Below are positions 9,562 to 22,064 of a stretch of 64,000 bases of DNA, in pieces (positions within the stretch are counted from its first letter, which is position 1; every line of letters begins with the position of its first letter). The notes under the pieces are model-generated. The model saw nothing but the letters and a program-made list of their open reading frames with translations. It did not search any database and was not told the origin of the DNA. The stretch covers positions 1 through 64,000 of the forward strand of contig JBCCHT010000020.1 in the NCBI GenBank assembly GCA_039028615.1, given 5' to 3'. A program made the translations under genes and the position numbers. This DNA is from Myxococcota bacterium. Lineage in GTDB: Bacteria; Myxococcota_A; Polyangia; Nannocystales; Nannocystaceae.

Positions 9562-9733
9562 GCGAGCGCGTCGGACTCATCGGCGATCGAGGGGAAAAAG
9601 TGCGGATCGAAAACCCGGGCTCCGGTCACTAGACCGGAGGCAGGGCCGATGACGCACGCGATCTCACGGATAACATCGTTCTCGAGCGCTTCGAGGATAG
9701 ACTCTTCGCCGTTAGCTATGTTAGGTAAGTTCT

Positions 9734-11551
9734 ATGTGGTGGCTTAGAACCCTCGTCCCAGGAGCAATGATCGCGCTCAGCGCGGCGGTCGCGATGACCC
9801 CGACGCCGGCCGAGGCCTGCGGAGGAACCTTCTGCGACGGCGTGCTGCCGGGCGACATGCCCGTCAACCAGACCGGCGAGACGATCTTGTTCGCGCTCGA
9901 CAACGGCTTCGTCGAGGCCCACGTCCAGATCGAATACGACGGCGGCGACGCGGAGCAGTTCGCCTGGCTGGTGCCCGTGCCCGAGATCCCCGAGGTCGAG
10001 GTCGGCTCGTGGCGCCTGGTCCAGAGCGCACTGGCGGCCACCGTGCCCGTGTACGGCTTCGAGAACAACTGGGTCTGCGAGGACATGGACCCGCCCCCGA
10101 GCACCACCGGAGTCGGCTTCATCAACAACCCCGACGGCGGCGGCACGAGCGAACCAGAGGTCGTGGCCGAAGACGTGGTGGGGGCGTTCCAGTACGTCGT
10201 GCTCCAGGGCGGCACCAGCGACTCGGTGACCGAGTGGCTGCTCGACAACGGCTACTCGTCGGACACCGAGGCCCCCGCGATCCTCGACGAGTACATCACC
10301 GAGGGCCACGTGTTCGTCGCGTTCCGCCTGCGCCACGGGCTCGGCGTCGAGGACATCCACCCGGTGGTCATCCGCTACCCGGGCACGGAGGCGTGCATCC
10401 CCATTCGGCTCACCGCGGTCGCGGCCGAAGAGGACATGCGGATCCGGGCGTTGTTCCTCGGCGAGGACCGGGTCGTGCCCACCAACTATCGCCACGTGCA
10501 GCTCAACCGGACGCGCCTGAACTGGCTCGGGCTCGGGTCCAACTACGACAACCTGGTCTCGATGGCGGTGGATGCCCCGGGCGCCGACGGGCGAGCGTTC
10601 GTCACCGAGTACGCGGGGGCCTCGAGCGAAGTGGACACCACCCTGCTCGATACCTCGTCGTACGACTCCAGCGTCTTCACCGACATGCCCGTCGTGGAGG
10701 TGGTCGACACGCTGGAGCAGCAAGACTTGGTCAGCTGCAGCGGCCCGACCGGCTGTATCTGGCTGCACGAGCTGGCGTCATCGCTGGTGCACGAGTTCAT
10801 CCCGGTCCCCGAGGGGCTGACCGATGGCGAGTTCTACTCGTGCCTGAGCTGCTACGCGGCGCTCATCGACGCTGAGGCCTGGGACGCCGAGGCGTTCATG
10901 GCCGCCTACGACGAGCGGATCATCGCGCCGATGCAGCACGCCAACGACCTGCTCACCACCTGGCCGTACCTCACTCGGCTGTACACCACCATCTCGCCGC
11001 ACGAGATGACCTCGGATCCCATGTTCACCGAGAACCCGGATCTCGACGACGTGCCCAACCGCCACGGAGCGCAGCGCAACCAAGCCTGCTGTGGCAACGC
11101 GATGCAGCTGCCCGGCGGGCGGATCATCGCCCTCGAGGGTACGGGCAGCGCCTGGCCCGACTGGCCCGAGGAGATGCCGTGGGCCGAGCGCGTCGAGGAG
11201 TTCACCGTCGCGGGCGGTCCTCCGATCTCGCTGGTGGACGAGACGGCGAACATCGACGCCATGATCGCCACCTGGAACGCGCCGCGGCTGTGCAGCGACG
11301 ACGACATGGGCACCGGAAGCAGCACCGAGGGTGGCGACGAGACCTCCGACGGTCCGACCCCGCCGGGCACCACCTCGGGGGTCGGCGACGGCACCTCGGG
11401 CGGCGACGGCAGCAGCGGCAGCGAGGCGGGACAAGACGACACGGCCGCGGGCTGTGCCTGCAACAGCACCTCCCGCGCGGGAGGCATGGGCTGGGCCCTG
11501 ATGCTCGCGGGCATGGGCCTCGGCGCGATGCGTCGGCGGAGACTCCGATGA
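9734..11551 (+). CDS. DUF2330-type secreted protein with MYXO-CTERM-like sorting signal
   Basis: AEACGGTFCD...PVNQTGETILF...FAWLVPVP; C-terminus GCAC-x-hydrophobic-RRRRLR. Confidence 0.85.
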   Translation: MWWLRTLVPGAMIALSAAVAMTPTPAEACGGTFCDGVLPGDMPVNQTGETILFALDNGFVEAHVQIEYDGGDAEQFAWLVPVPEIPEVEVGSWRLVQSALAATVPVYGFENNWVCEDMDPPPSTTGVGFINNPDGGGTSEPEVVAEDVVGAFQYVVLQGGTSDSVTEWLLDNGYSSDTEAPAILDEYITEGHVFVAFRLRHGLGVEDIHPVVIRYPGTEACIPIRLTAVAAEEDMRIRALFLGEDRVVPTNYRHVQLNRTRLNWLGLGSNYDNLVSMAVDAPGADGRAFVTEYAGASSEVDTTLLDTSSYDSSVFTDMPVVEVVDTLEQQDLVSCSGPTGCIWLHELASSLVHEFIPVPEGLTDGEFYSCLSCYAALIDAEAWDAEAFMAAYDERIIAPMQHANDLLTTWPYLTRLYTTISPHEMTSDPMFTENPDLDDVPNRHGAQRNQACCGNAMQLPGGRIIALEGTGSAWPDWPEEMPWAERVEEFTVAGGPPISLVDETANIDAMIATWNAPRLCSDDDMGTGSSTEGGDETSDGPTPPGTTSGVGDGTSGGDGSSGSEAGQDDTAAGCACNSTSRAGGMGWALMLAGMGLGAMRRRRLR

Positions 11552-12495
11552 GCGGCCGCTTCGGTCGCCTCGCTCTCGTTGCCCTGACCCTCGGCCTCGG
11601 CCTCGCCTGTGGCCCCGACTCCAACCTCGACGACGGGGCCGCCTCGTCCGGGGAGGGCAGCACGGCAGCGACCCCGTCCGCGGCCACCGAAGACCCGGTG
11701 GGCGACGACACCTCGACCAGCGGCAACGGAACCGGCACGGGCATCGAGCCCCCCAGCACCTACGAAGAGGACGGCGGCGGCACCGGGTGCACGTTCACCT
11801 GCCCCGATCCCCCCTCGCCTCCGACTCCGCCCGGACCCGGCAGCGGTGGATTCGAATGCGACCTCGAGGAGCAGGACTGTCCCGAGGGCGAAAAGTGCAT
11901 GCCGTGGGCCAACGACGGCGGCAACGAGTGGAACGCGACCCGCTGCACGCCGCTGGCCGACAACCCGCAAGACGCGGGCGAGCAGTGCAACGTCGAGGGC
12001 AGCGGCACCAGCGGCATCGACAATTGCGACATCGATGCACTGTGCTGGCAGGTCGACCCCGCCACGAACATCGGCACCTGCTACTCCCTGTGCGGGAGCG
12101 ATGGCATGTGCGACCAGCCCGAGCGCACCTGCGTGGGCTTCCCCGGCGACGTCCCGCTGTGCGTCGAGCCCTGCGACCCGACGGCATCGGCCTGTGAAGA
12201 CGGCCAAGGCTGCTTCCTGCTGGGCTCGCGCTTCATCTGCCAGGATCCGCTCGACCCCCCGGTCGCGCTCGGCGAGCCCTGCGAAGGCCCCACCGCCTGC
12301 GAGCCCGGCCTGCTGTGCGCCTACGACATCGAGCTGCAGTGCGGGGCCGAGGCCGGTCAGGGCTGCTGCGCCCCGGTCTGCGACGTGACGGACGAAGAGC
12401 CGTGCGGAGTGGGAGCCGTCTGCGACCCCTGGTTCCGCTTTGCACCTCCGCCCGAGCTCAGCCACGTGGGCGTGTGCATCGGCGCCTCCGGGTAG
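11548..12495 (+). CDS. Cys-rich myxobacterial lipoprotein (paralogue of 37783-38730)
   Basis: Lipobox LGLAC; FECDLEEQDCPEGEKCMPWANDGGNEWNATRC; ATGA overlap with the upstream gene. Confidence 0.85.
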   Translation: MSGRFGRLALVALTLGLGLACGPDSNLDDGAASSGEGSTAATPSAATEDPVGDDTSTSGNGTGTGIEPPSTYEEDGGGTGCTFTCPDPPSPPTPPGPGSGGFECDLEEQDCPEGEKCMPWANDGGNEWNATRCTPLADNPQDAGEQCNVEGSGTSGIDNCDIDALCWQVDPATNIGTCYSLCGSDGMCDQPERTCVGFPGDVPLCVEPCDPTASACEDGQGCFLLGSRFICQDPLDPPVALGEPCEGPTACEPGLLCAYDIELQCGAEAGQGCCAPVCDVTDEEPCGVGAVCDPWFRFAPPPELSHVGVCIGASG

Positions 12496-12567
12496 CCGAA
12501 CCCAGACGAGCGGGCCGCCCCACCCGCTCGTCCGTCTCCCGATCCTCGGCGTGCTAGCGTCACGACC

Positions 12568-14505
12568 GTGGCCACCCGCGGTGAGCAGCTCAGCTTGATC
12601 CCGCGAGCGGGGCCACGCGACGACTCGCCCCCTGCCGTGGTCCGACCGGCCAAAGCCATGGCCGACGCGGCGCGAGCCTGCCTCCGCGAGGTCTTCGGCC
12701 ACAATGCGTTTCGCGCGGGACAGGCCGACGCGGTCGATGCCGTGCTCCACGGTCGCGACGCGCTGGTCGTGCTGCCGACGGGTGGAGGCAAGTCGCTGTG
12801 CTACCAGGTCCCCGCGGTGGTCATGGCCCGCCGAGGGCAAGGCGCCACCGTGGTCATCTCGCCGCTCATCGCCTTGATGCGCGACCAAGTGGAGGCACTG
12901 GTCGACAAGGGGGTGCAGGCGGCCGCGCTCAACAGCCACCAGGAGCCCGAGCAGCGCCGCGAGATCCTCGGGCGCATGCGTCGGGGCGAGCTCGAGCTGC
13001 TGTACGTCTCCCCCGAGCGGGCGATGATGAAGCACTTCACCGACCTGCTCGGTCGGCTACCCATCGCCGCGCTGGCGATCGACGAAGCGCACTGCGTCAG
13101 CCAGTGGGGCCACGACTTTCGCCCGGAGTACCTGCGGCTCGGCGAGCTGCGCGGGGCCACGGCCGCCCCCATCATCGCGCTGACGGCCACCGCCACGCCG
13201 CGGGTGCGCACCGAGATCCAGCGCGCCCTCGGGCTGCGAAAGCCGGCCGAGGTCTTGGGGTCGTTCGCTCGGCCCAACCTCGCGCTGTCGTGCCACTCGC
13301 TCCGCACCGACGCCATGCGCATCGAGGCCACCGTCACTGCGCTGCGCGAAGCCGGCCTCGACGATCGCAAGGCCCCCGGTCGCGCCATCGTCTACTGCAG
13401 CACCCGCAAGAAGACCCAGACGGTGCACAAGGCGCTCAAGTCCGCGGGCTTCACCGCCGGCTACTACCACGCCGGTCGCACCAAGCTCGCCCGCGAGCGA
13501 GCCCAGCAGGCCTTCGACGCCGGCCGCACCAAGGTCCTGATCGCCACCAATGCGTTCGGCATGGGCATCGACTATGAAGACGTGCGCCTGCTGGTGCACT
13601 TCCAGCTGCCGGGGAGCCTCGAGGCCTACTACCAAGAAGCAGGCCGAGCCGGTCGTGATGGCAAGCCCGCCCGCTGCCTGCTGCTGCACGGCACCTCCGA
13701 CATCATGACCCAGCGGCGCCTGATGGGGCAGCCGGAGGCCGGCCGCGCTGCGCGGGCGCACCACGAGCATCGCGAGCACTCGCTGCAGCTGCTGGTCGAC
13801 TATGCCCGCGGAGCACGGTGTCGTCAGCAAGTGCTGTGCGCCCACTTCACCGGCTCGCTCGAAGCCCTGCCTACCTGCGGTCGCTGTGATGTCTGCACGG
13901 GGACCGTCACCGCTCCCGCCGAACCGCCGAAAGCCGAGCGCAAGGCCCCGGCTGCCGCCGTCCTCGATGCCGAGCAACAGCGTGACGCCCGAGCCCAGGT
14001 GCTCGCGCTGATGAACGCCATCCCCAAGCCGCTGGGCAAGATGACCCTCGTCCGCGGCCTCCGGGGCAGCAAGGCCAAGAACGTTCGCGCGGCCAAGCTC
14101 CACACGCTGGAGCAGCACGGCGCCCTGTCGCAGTACGACGAGCCCACCGTCACCGCGCTCATCGAGCAGCTTGCACGGGAGAAGGTCTTGGTGCCCCGCG
14201 GGCGCAAGTACCCCACGCTATGGCTGGCCGAGCGGGCCACGCCCACGCGCGGTGGGGCTCGTCGCAAGACCTCGGGCGGGCGGGGCACCAGCGAGCTCGC
14301 CCGCCAGCTCGAGAACTATCGCCGCCGCACCGCTCGCAAGCTCAAGTGGAAGCCCTATCACGTCTTCCATCGCAAGGTCGTGCTGGCCGTCGCGCGGGCG
14401 CAGCCCCAGAGCACGGCCGATCTGGCGCTCATCGCTGGGCTCGCCGAGGCAAAGATCGAGCGCTTCGGCGAAGACATCCTCGCGCTGGTCCGCGAGTTCG
14501 GCTGA
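12568..14505 (+). CDS. recQ: RecQ-family ATP-dependent DNA helicase with RQC and HRDC domains
   Basis: PTGGGKSLCYQ, IDEAHCVSQWGHDFRPEY, ATNAFGMGID, QEAGRAGRDG, Zn-binding C..CGRCDVC, HRDC-like C-terminus; start could be 12658. Confidence 0.93.
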   Translation: MATRGEQLSLIPRAGPRDDSPPAVVRPAKAMADAARACLREVFGHNAFRAGQADAVDAVLHGRDALVVLPTGGGKSLCYQVPAVVMARRGQGATVVISPLIALMRDQVEALVDKGVQAAALNSHQEPEQRREILGRMRRGELELLYVSPERAMMKHFTDLLGRLPIAALAIDEAHCVSQWGHDFRPEYLRLGELRGATAAPIIALTATATPRVRTEIQRALGLRKPAEVLGSFARPNLALSCHSLRTDAMRIEATVTALREAGLDDRKAPGRAIVYCSTRKKTQTVHKALKSAGFTAGYYHAGRTKLARERAQQAFDAGRTKVLIATNAFGMGIDYEDVRLLVHFQLPGSLEAYYQEAGRAGRDGKPARCLLLHGTSDIMTQRRLMGQPEAGRAARAHHEHREHSLQLLVDYARGARCRQQVLCAHFTGSLEALPTCGRCDVCTGTVTAPAEPPKAERKAPAAAVLDAEQQRDARAQVLALMNAIPKPLGKMTLVRGLRGSKAKNVRAAKLHTLEQHGALSQYDEPTVTALIEQLAREKVLVPRGRKYPTLWLAERATPTRGGARRKTSGGRGTSELARQLENYRRRTARKLKWKPYHVFHRKVVLAVARAQPQSTADLALIAGLAEAKIERFGEDILALVREFG

Positions 14506-14553
14506 CCCGGTGAGAGGCTAGCCTTCGTGCTCTCATCGACCCCTGGCCGACGT

Positions 14554-15651
14554 TCATTGAAAGACGCCGATGTCGCCCGGCTTCGCCCCGTACATCGGTA
14601 TGAAGAACTCCCCTTGCGGAACGTTGGTGCCCTTCCCCGGCGCATCACCGTGAAGGAACACTCGGGTGCGGCCGTTGCCAAGATCTTGGAGTACGACCCG
14701 CCGCGTGTATCCCACCAAGACGGGGACCTGCATTAACGACCGTGTGCGCTTCATGAACTCCACGGCCTGAGCTACGCGACACGTGACGAGCACGAAGGCA
14801 CGAATTCCCGAGTTCTTCAGGTTCCGACCCATCGTCAGGAAGCGGTCGTAGTCATCGAGTCGCCGCTGTGCGGCCGCGTTCCCTCGACGAGCCAGGTCTT
14901 CGTCGTTCTCCTTGTCGCTCTTGGCGACGATGCCAGGTCTGGTCGCAGGCCGAACGTCGTAGAACACGCTCACTTGAGCCTTGCCCGCGATGACCTGCTT
15001 GCGGGCGTGGTTGCCGACGACCCTGAATCCGCTGGGCGCGAGGTCGAACATGCCGTGGTCGGTGCCATGCGACGACACGTTCGTCGCACCATGGCCGGCG
15101 CTGAAAAAGAGGAGCCCATTGTGACCAGCCTTGGCGGCGGCGTGCTCGATCTTCGTCGCCGCGGAGTCCACCGTCTCCTTGTTGTCCATCTCCACGGTGG
15201 ACGCTTGAACATTCAGCACCGAGTTCCAGAACGACTCGACCTGATGAGCCCACGCAAGCGCCTCGGGGTGCTTCTCGGACACAGTCACGAGCTTCACCGA
15301 GGTCGGCGCGGTTCCGCCGGAGTTTCGCGTTACGTTCGAGGCCACGAAGCCCGAGACCGAACCGAGACCGAAGCCGTCGACGAGCCCGTCGTACGACTCG
15401 GGCAAACGGCCGCCGACGGTCGCCAACATGGACATCAGCCCCTGCTGGAGTTTGTCGAGGGTGCGTGGACCGACGACGCCATCGGCATGCAGCACCATGG
15501 GCGGCGCCATTTGAAACTCGCGAACACGACGATCGGTGCGTGCACCAAAGATGCCGTCGACCGTGAGCGGAGGCATCTCGCTGCCTCCCAGTGCATTGAG
15601 TTTCTCCTGTAGGGATTCGACCAGCGGGCCGTTCGAGCCAGTACGCAACAT
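14554..15651 (-). CDS. peptidoglycan-binding domain protein with putative caspase-like (clan CD/DUF4347-like) C-terminal domain
   Basis: N-terminal LRTGSNGPLVESLQEKLN..VDGIFGARTDRRVREFQ..DGVVGPRT (PG_binding_1 pattern); C-terminal LLFFSAGHG and FVLVTCRVA. Confidence 0.7.
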   Translation of the reverse strand: MLRTGSNGPLVESLQEKLNALGGSEMPPLTVDGIFGARTDRRVREFQMAPPMVLHADGVVGPRTLDKLQQGLMSMLATVGGRLPESYDGLVDGFGLGSVSGFVASNVTRNSGGTAPTSVKLVTVSEKHPEALAWAHQVESFWNSVLNVQASTVEMDNKETVDSAATKIEHAAAKAGHNGLLFFSAGHGATNVSSHGTDHGMFDLAPSGFRVVGNHARKQVIAGKAQVSVFYDVRPATRPGIVAKSDKENDEDLARRGNAAAQRRLDDYDRFLTMGRNLKNSGIRAFVLVTCRVAQAVEFMKRTRSLMQVPVLVGYTRRVVLQDLGNGRTRVFLHGDAPGKGTNVPQGEFFIPMYGAKPGDIGVFQ

Positions 15652-15801
15652 GGGGGCAGCGCTTTCGTGGAGCAGGGGGTGCAACGATCGTATCCGAGAA
15701 ATCACGCCAACTGACGGTCCGAGACCGATGTTGGCGACGAGTTCGGGTGTCGTTCCCGGCCGCGACCGGCCCACCCCGAAAATCGGGGTAGGGTCCAGGG
15801 C

Positions 15802-18954
<3,153 letters not shown>

Positions 18955-19201
18955 GGCTCTTTGCGTCGCGGCGTCGAGGCTCTTCGCCAGCAATCACGGC
19001 GGGAGCCCCTCGAGCAGGAGCACGGGGTCGGCTGCCGAAAAATCCGAACACGATGATCGGAGCCTTCAGCCGTCCGTCCATGGTTGCTGGCACAGACCTG
19101 CCCGGCGTCAGCTCACGGCTCGACCGCGCAGAATCCATCGTCCGATGTCATTTTTCCGCAATCGAAAACCCGGGATGTCGCAATAGGGAGCCCAGAGGGA
19201 C

Positions 19202-20626
19202 ATGGAAAAAACAAAGCAACTGACGTGCGCGAAATCGATTGTCGCCGCCGCGCTGACGGTGGCCTGTGGGGGCGAGGTCACGACCGAGGGGGGACCGTCG
19301 GAGGGCTTCGAGGCCGACCGCACCTACGAGGGCTGGCTGGGTTCGGATGTCGGGGAGCCGGTGGTCACGGGGACCAATGTCGGCAAGACGGACGAATTCA
19401 CGCCGGATTGTGCTCCGAGCACGACCGGCGACGTGAGCTACACCTGGACGGCGCCCGCGAGCGCGGCCTACCGCTTCGACACGTTCGGTTCGAACTTCAA
19501 CACCGTCCTGCACATTCGTTCGTTCACCGATACCACCGAGGTCCTCGCGTGCAACGACAACCATAGCGGCACCCAGCAGTCGTCGGTGGGGCTCGATCTC
19601 GCCGAGGGCACGACCGTGGTCATCGTGATCGACGGTCGGCACGACGCTACCGGCGACTTCGACCTGAACATCAGCGAGATCCCCTGCCCGGGCGGCTGCC
19701 TCGAGCCTCTCAGCCAGTGCCACGCCGAGGGCATCTGCATGGAGGACCCCTGGGGCAACTACTGCTTCTACCCGGAGCTCATCCAGGGCACGCCCTGCGA
19801 CGACGGGCTCGAGTGCACGATCTCTTCGAGCTGCGTCATGGGCTCGTGTGTACCCGACTGGGTCGGCTGCACCGAGCCGCCCAGCGACTGCCACGAGCCC
19901 TTCGGGAGCTGTGGCCCGACCGGCGAGTGCGAGTACGACCCGCTGCCAGCCGGCGACCCCTGCGACGACGACATGTCGTGCACCGAAGACGATGTCTGCG
20001 ACGGTGCGGGCAGCTGCGAAGGCGAGAGCACCTGCGAGCCCGACGAGGTCTGTGGCGAGGAGGGCTGCGAGCCCAGCCCCTGCCCCGACGGCTGCCAGGT
20101 CCCCCCGACCCAGTGCCACCTGCCCGGCGAATGCCTACAGGATCCGTTCTTCGGCGACTACTACTGCGTGTTCCCAGAGACCTTCCCCGGCACGCCGTGT
20201 GACGATGGGCTCGAGTGCACGCCATCGTCGAGCTGCTACGAGGGCTCGTGTGTGCCCGATAGCTTCGGCTGCTTCGATCCTCCCGGGGACTGCTACGAAC
20301 CGGTGGGGGGCTGCGCGGGGCCGGCCGGCGATTGCGAGTACTACCCCTTGGCCGCAGGAGAGGCCTGCGACGACGGGCTGACCTGCACCCTGGGCGACTC
20401 CTGTGACGGCGCGGGCACCTGCGATCCGGGCGTCACCGACTGCCCGCTGGGCCAGGTTTGCACCGAGAACGGTTGCGAGTCCGAGCCCAACGAGTGCGGC
20501 ATGTTCCTCGAAGACTGTGGCGAGCAGGGCTGCTGCAAGCCCGGTAGCGGCTGCACCCTGTGCTTGGAGGTCAGCGACCCGATCCAGCAGAAGCCGCAAG
20601 CGCCCGAGGCTGCGTTCCGCCCGTAG
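19202..20626 (+). CDS. Cys-rich lipoprotein with a PPC-like beta-sandwich and a duplicated disulfide-rich module
   Basis: Lipobox LTVAC; YTWTAPASAAYRFDTFGSNFNTVL..LACNDN; repeated CDDGLxCT motifs. Confidence 0.8.
   Translation: MEKTKQLTCAKSIVAAALTVACGGEVTTEGGPSEGFEADRTYEGWLGSDVGEPVVTGTNVGKTDEFTPDCAPSTTGDVSYTWTAPASAAYRFDTFGSNFNTVLHIRSFTDTTEVLACNDNHSGTQQSSVGLDLAEGTTVVIVIDGRHDATGDFDLNISEIPCPGGCLEPLSQCHAEGICMEDPWGNYCFYPELIQGTPCDDGLECTISSSCVMGSCVPDWVGCTEPPSDCHEPFGSCGPTGECEYDPLPAGDPCDDDMSCTEDDVCDGAGSCEGESTCEPDEVCGEEGCEPSPCPDGCQVPPTQCHLPGECLQDPFFGDYYCVFPETFPGTPCDDGLECTPSSSCYEGSCVPDSFGCFDPPGDCYEPVGGCAGPAGDCEYYPLAAGEACDDGLTCTLGDSCDGAGTCDPGVTDCPLGQVCTENGCESEPNECGMFLEDCGEQGCCKPGSGCTLCLEVSDPIQQKPQAPEAAFRP
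19682..20480 (+). repeat. two tandem copies of a ~132-codon Cys-rich module
   Basis: PCPGGC..GTPCDDGLECTISSSC..CDGAGSC (from 19682) and PCPDGC..GTPCDDGLECTPSSSC..CDGAGTC (from 20078); start-to-start spacing 396 nt. Confidence 0.85.
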
Positions 20627-20772
20627 CACTCGGTGCACGACGCCGGGCCACGAATCGACGCGACCAAGCGCACGAAGTGTGGCCCGGCCCGTGCTCATCG
20701 AAAAAAGACCGAGAAAGATGCCCGACAGTCGGGCCGGCGCTGCGTCTTGCCGGGTGAGAGACGCACACGCCC

Positions 20773-21093
20773 ATGAAGACCGCACTCAAGATCATCGGTG
20801 GAATCTTCGCGACCCTGGCCCTGGGCGTCGTCATCTTCTGGTTCGGCTGGCTGAGCCCGCCCTCGCCCGAGTCGGTCTGCGACAACGTGGTCGCGATCAC
20901 CAAGACCGAGGTCGAAAAGTCGGGCGCGTCCGTCTCCGACGATGACCTGGCCAAGGTGGAAAAGACCTGCGTCGCCCGGGTGAGCAAGGCGCCCGAGTTC
21001 GGTCGCGGGGTGTGGGTCAAGAAGCTCAAGTGCATGCGCGACGCCGCCGACGGAACGGCGCTGGGCAACTGCGACAAGATCAAGAGCCTGTGA
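20773..21093 (+). CDS. small membrane-anchored hypothetical protein with four Cys
   Basis: N-terminal TM helix; Cys pattern VCD..TCV..KCM..NCD; host-like codon usage. Confidence 0.75.
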   Translation: MKTALKIIGGIFATLALGVVIFWFGWLSPPSPESVCDNVVAITKTEVEKSGASVSDDDLAKVEKTCVARVSKAPEFGRGVWVKKLKCMRDAADGTALGNCDKIKSL

Positions 21094-21181
21094 TCTCGGC
21101 CCTTCGCGGCCCCTTCCACCCGGATGGCGGCGTCGTTTTCGGCGCCGCCATCATTCGGAGCATGGTACGAAGGTCTCGCCG

Positions 21182-22060
21182 ATGAGCGAGATGCTGCGAC
21201 CACGACTGCTCGGCGCACTGCCCGAGGCCGTACGCACGCGCGTCGAGGCACACGCCGACCTCGACGGCTGGCTCGCGGAGAGCCAGGGACAGATCACCGC
21301 CCTCGGCCTGCCCATCGACGAGGCCTTGCTGGTGGAGGCCTTGACCGCGGCGTTGACCGTGGTCGAGCCGACCGACCTCCACCCCGCCGACCTGTACCTC
21401 GCCGCCCAGTGTGCCCGCGGCCACCACGGCGCCTTGCGTCGGTTCCAGGCCGACTACGGCCCCGATCTCGATCGCGCCATCCGCAAGAGCCCCACGCTCG
21501 GGCTCACCGCCGACGAGTTCCGCCAGCGGGTCTTCGACCGCCTCTTCGTGCGCGAAGGTGAGGCTCCGCCGCGAATCGACAAGTACTCCGGCCGCGGCTC
21601 GCTGCGCTCGTGGGTGCGGGTCATGGCCTCGCGCTACATCATCGATCTGTCGCGGCGTCGGGATCGCAGCACCGCCTCCGACGAGGGCCTGGCCGAGAAG
21701 ATCGGCGCGGCCGAGGACACCGAGATCGACTACCTTCGCCACGCCTACGGACCCGCGCTCGACACCGCCTTCGAGCACGCCGTGGCCGCCCTGACCGTAC
21801 GCGAGCGCAACCTCCTGCGCCAACGCTACCTGCACGACGTCTCCGCCGACACGCTGGCCAAGATCTACGGGGTGCACCGCAGCACCGTCTTCGCCTGGCT
21901 CGACAAGGCCCGCCTCGCCCTGCTCGGCCACGTCCGCAGCGGCCTCGCCCAGAACCTGCCCGGCGATCAGCTCGAGAGCGTGGTGGGCATGCTCGGCAGC
22001 AAGCTCCAGCTCAGCGTCCGTCGCATGCTCGACTCGCGCCTCGAAGACGAGCCGAAGTAG
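21182..22060 (+). CDS. RNA polymerase sigma-70 factor, myxobacterial ECF-like family
   Basis: DLYLAAQCARG, YSGRGSLRSWVRV, LTVRERNLLR..LAKIYGVHRSTVFAWL (region 4 HTH). Confidence 0.88.
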   Translation: MSEMLRPRLLGALPEAVRTRVEAHADLDGWLAESQGQITALGLPIDEALLVEALTAALTVVEPTDLHPADLYLAAQCARGHHGALRRFQADYGPDLDRAIRKSPTLGLTADEFRQRVFDRLFVREGEAPPRIDKYSGRGSLRSWVRVMASRYIIDLSRRRDRSTASDEGLAEKIGAAEDTEIDYLRHAYGPALDTAFEHAVAALTVRERNLLRQRYLHDVSADTLAKIYGVHRSTVFAWLDKARLALLGHVRSGLAQNLPGDQLESVVGMLGSKLQLSVRRMLDSRLEDEPK

Positions 22061-22064
22061 CTCG

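Noticed and set aside
19086..19102. TGGCAC..CTGC as a sigma-54 promoter
   Set aside because: GG-to-GC spacing is 9 nt rather than the required 10
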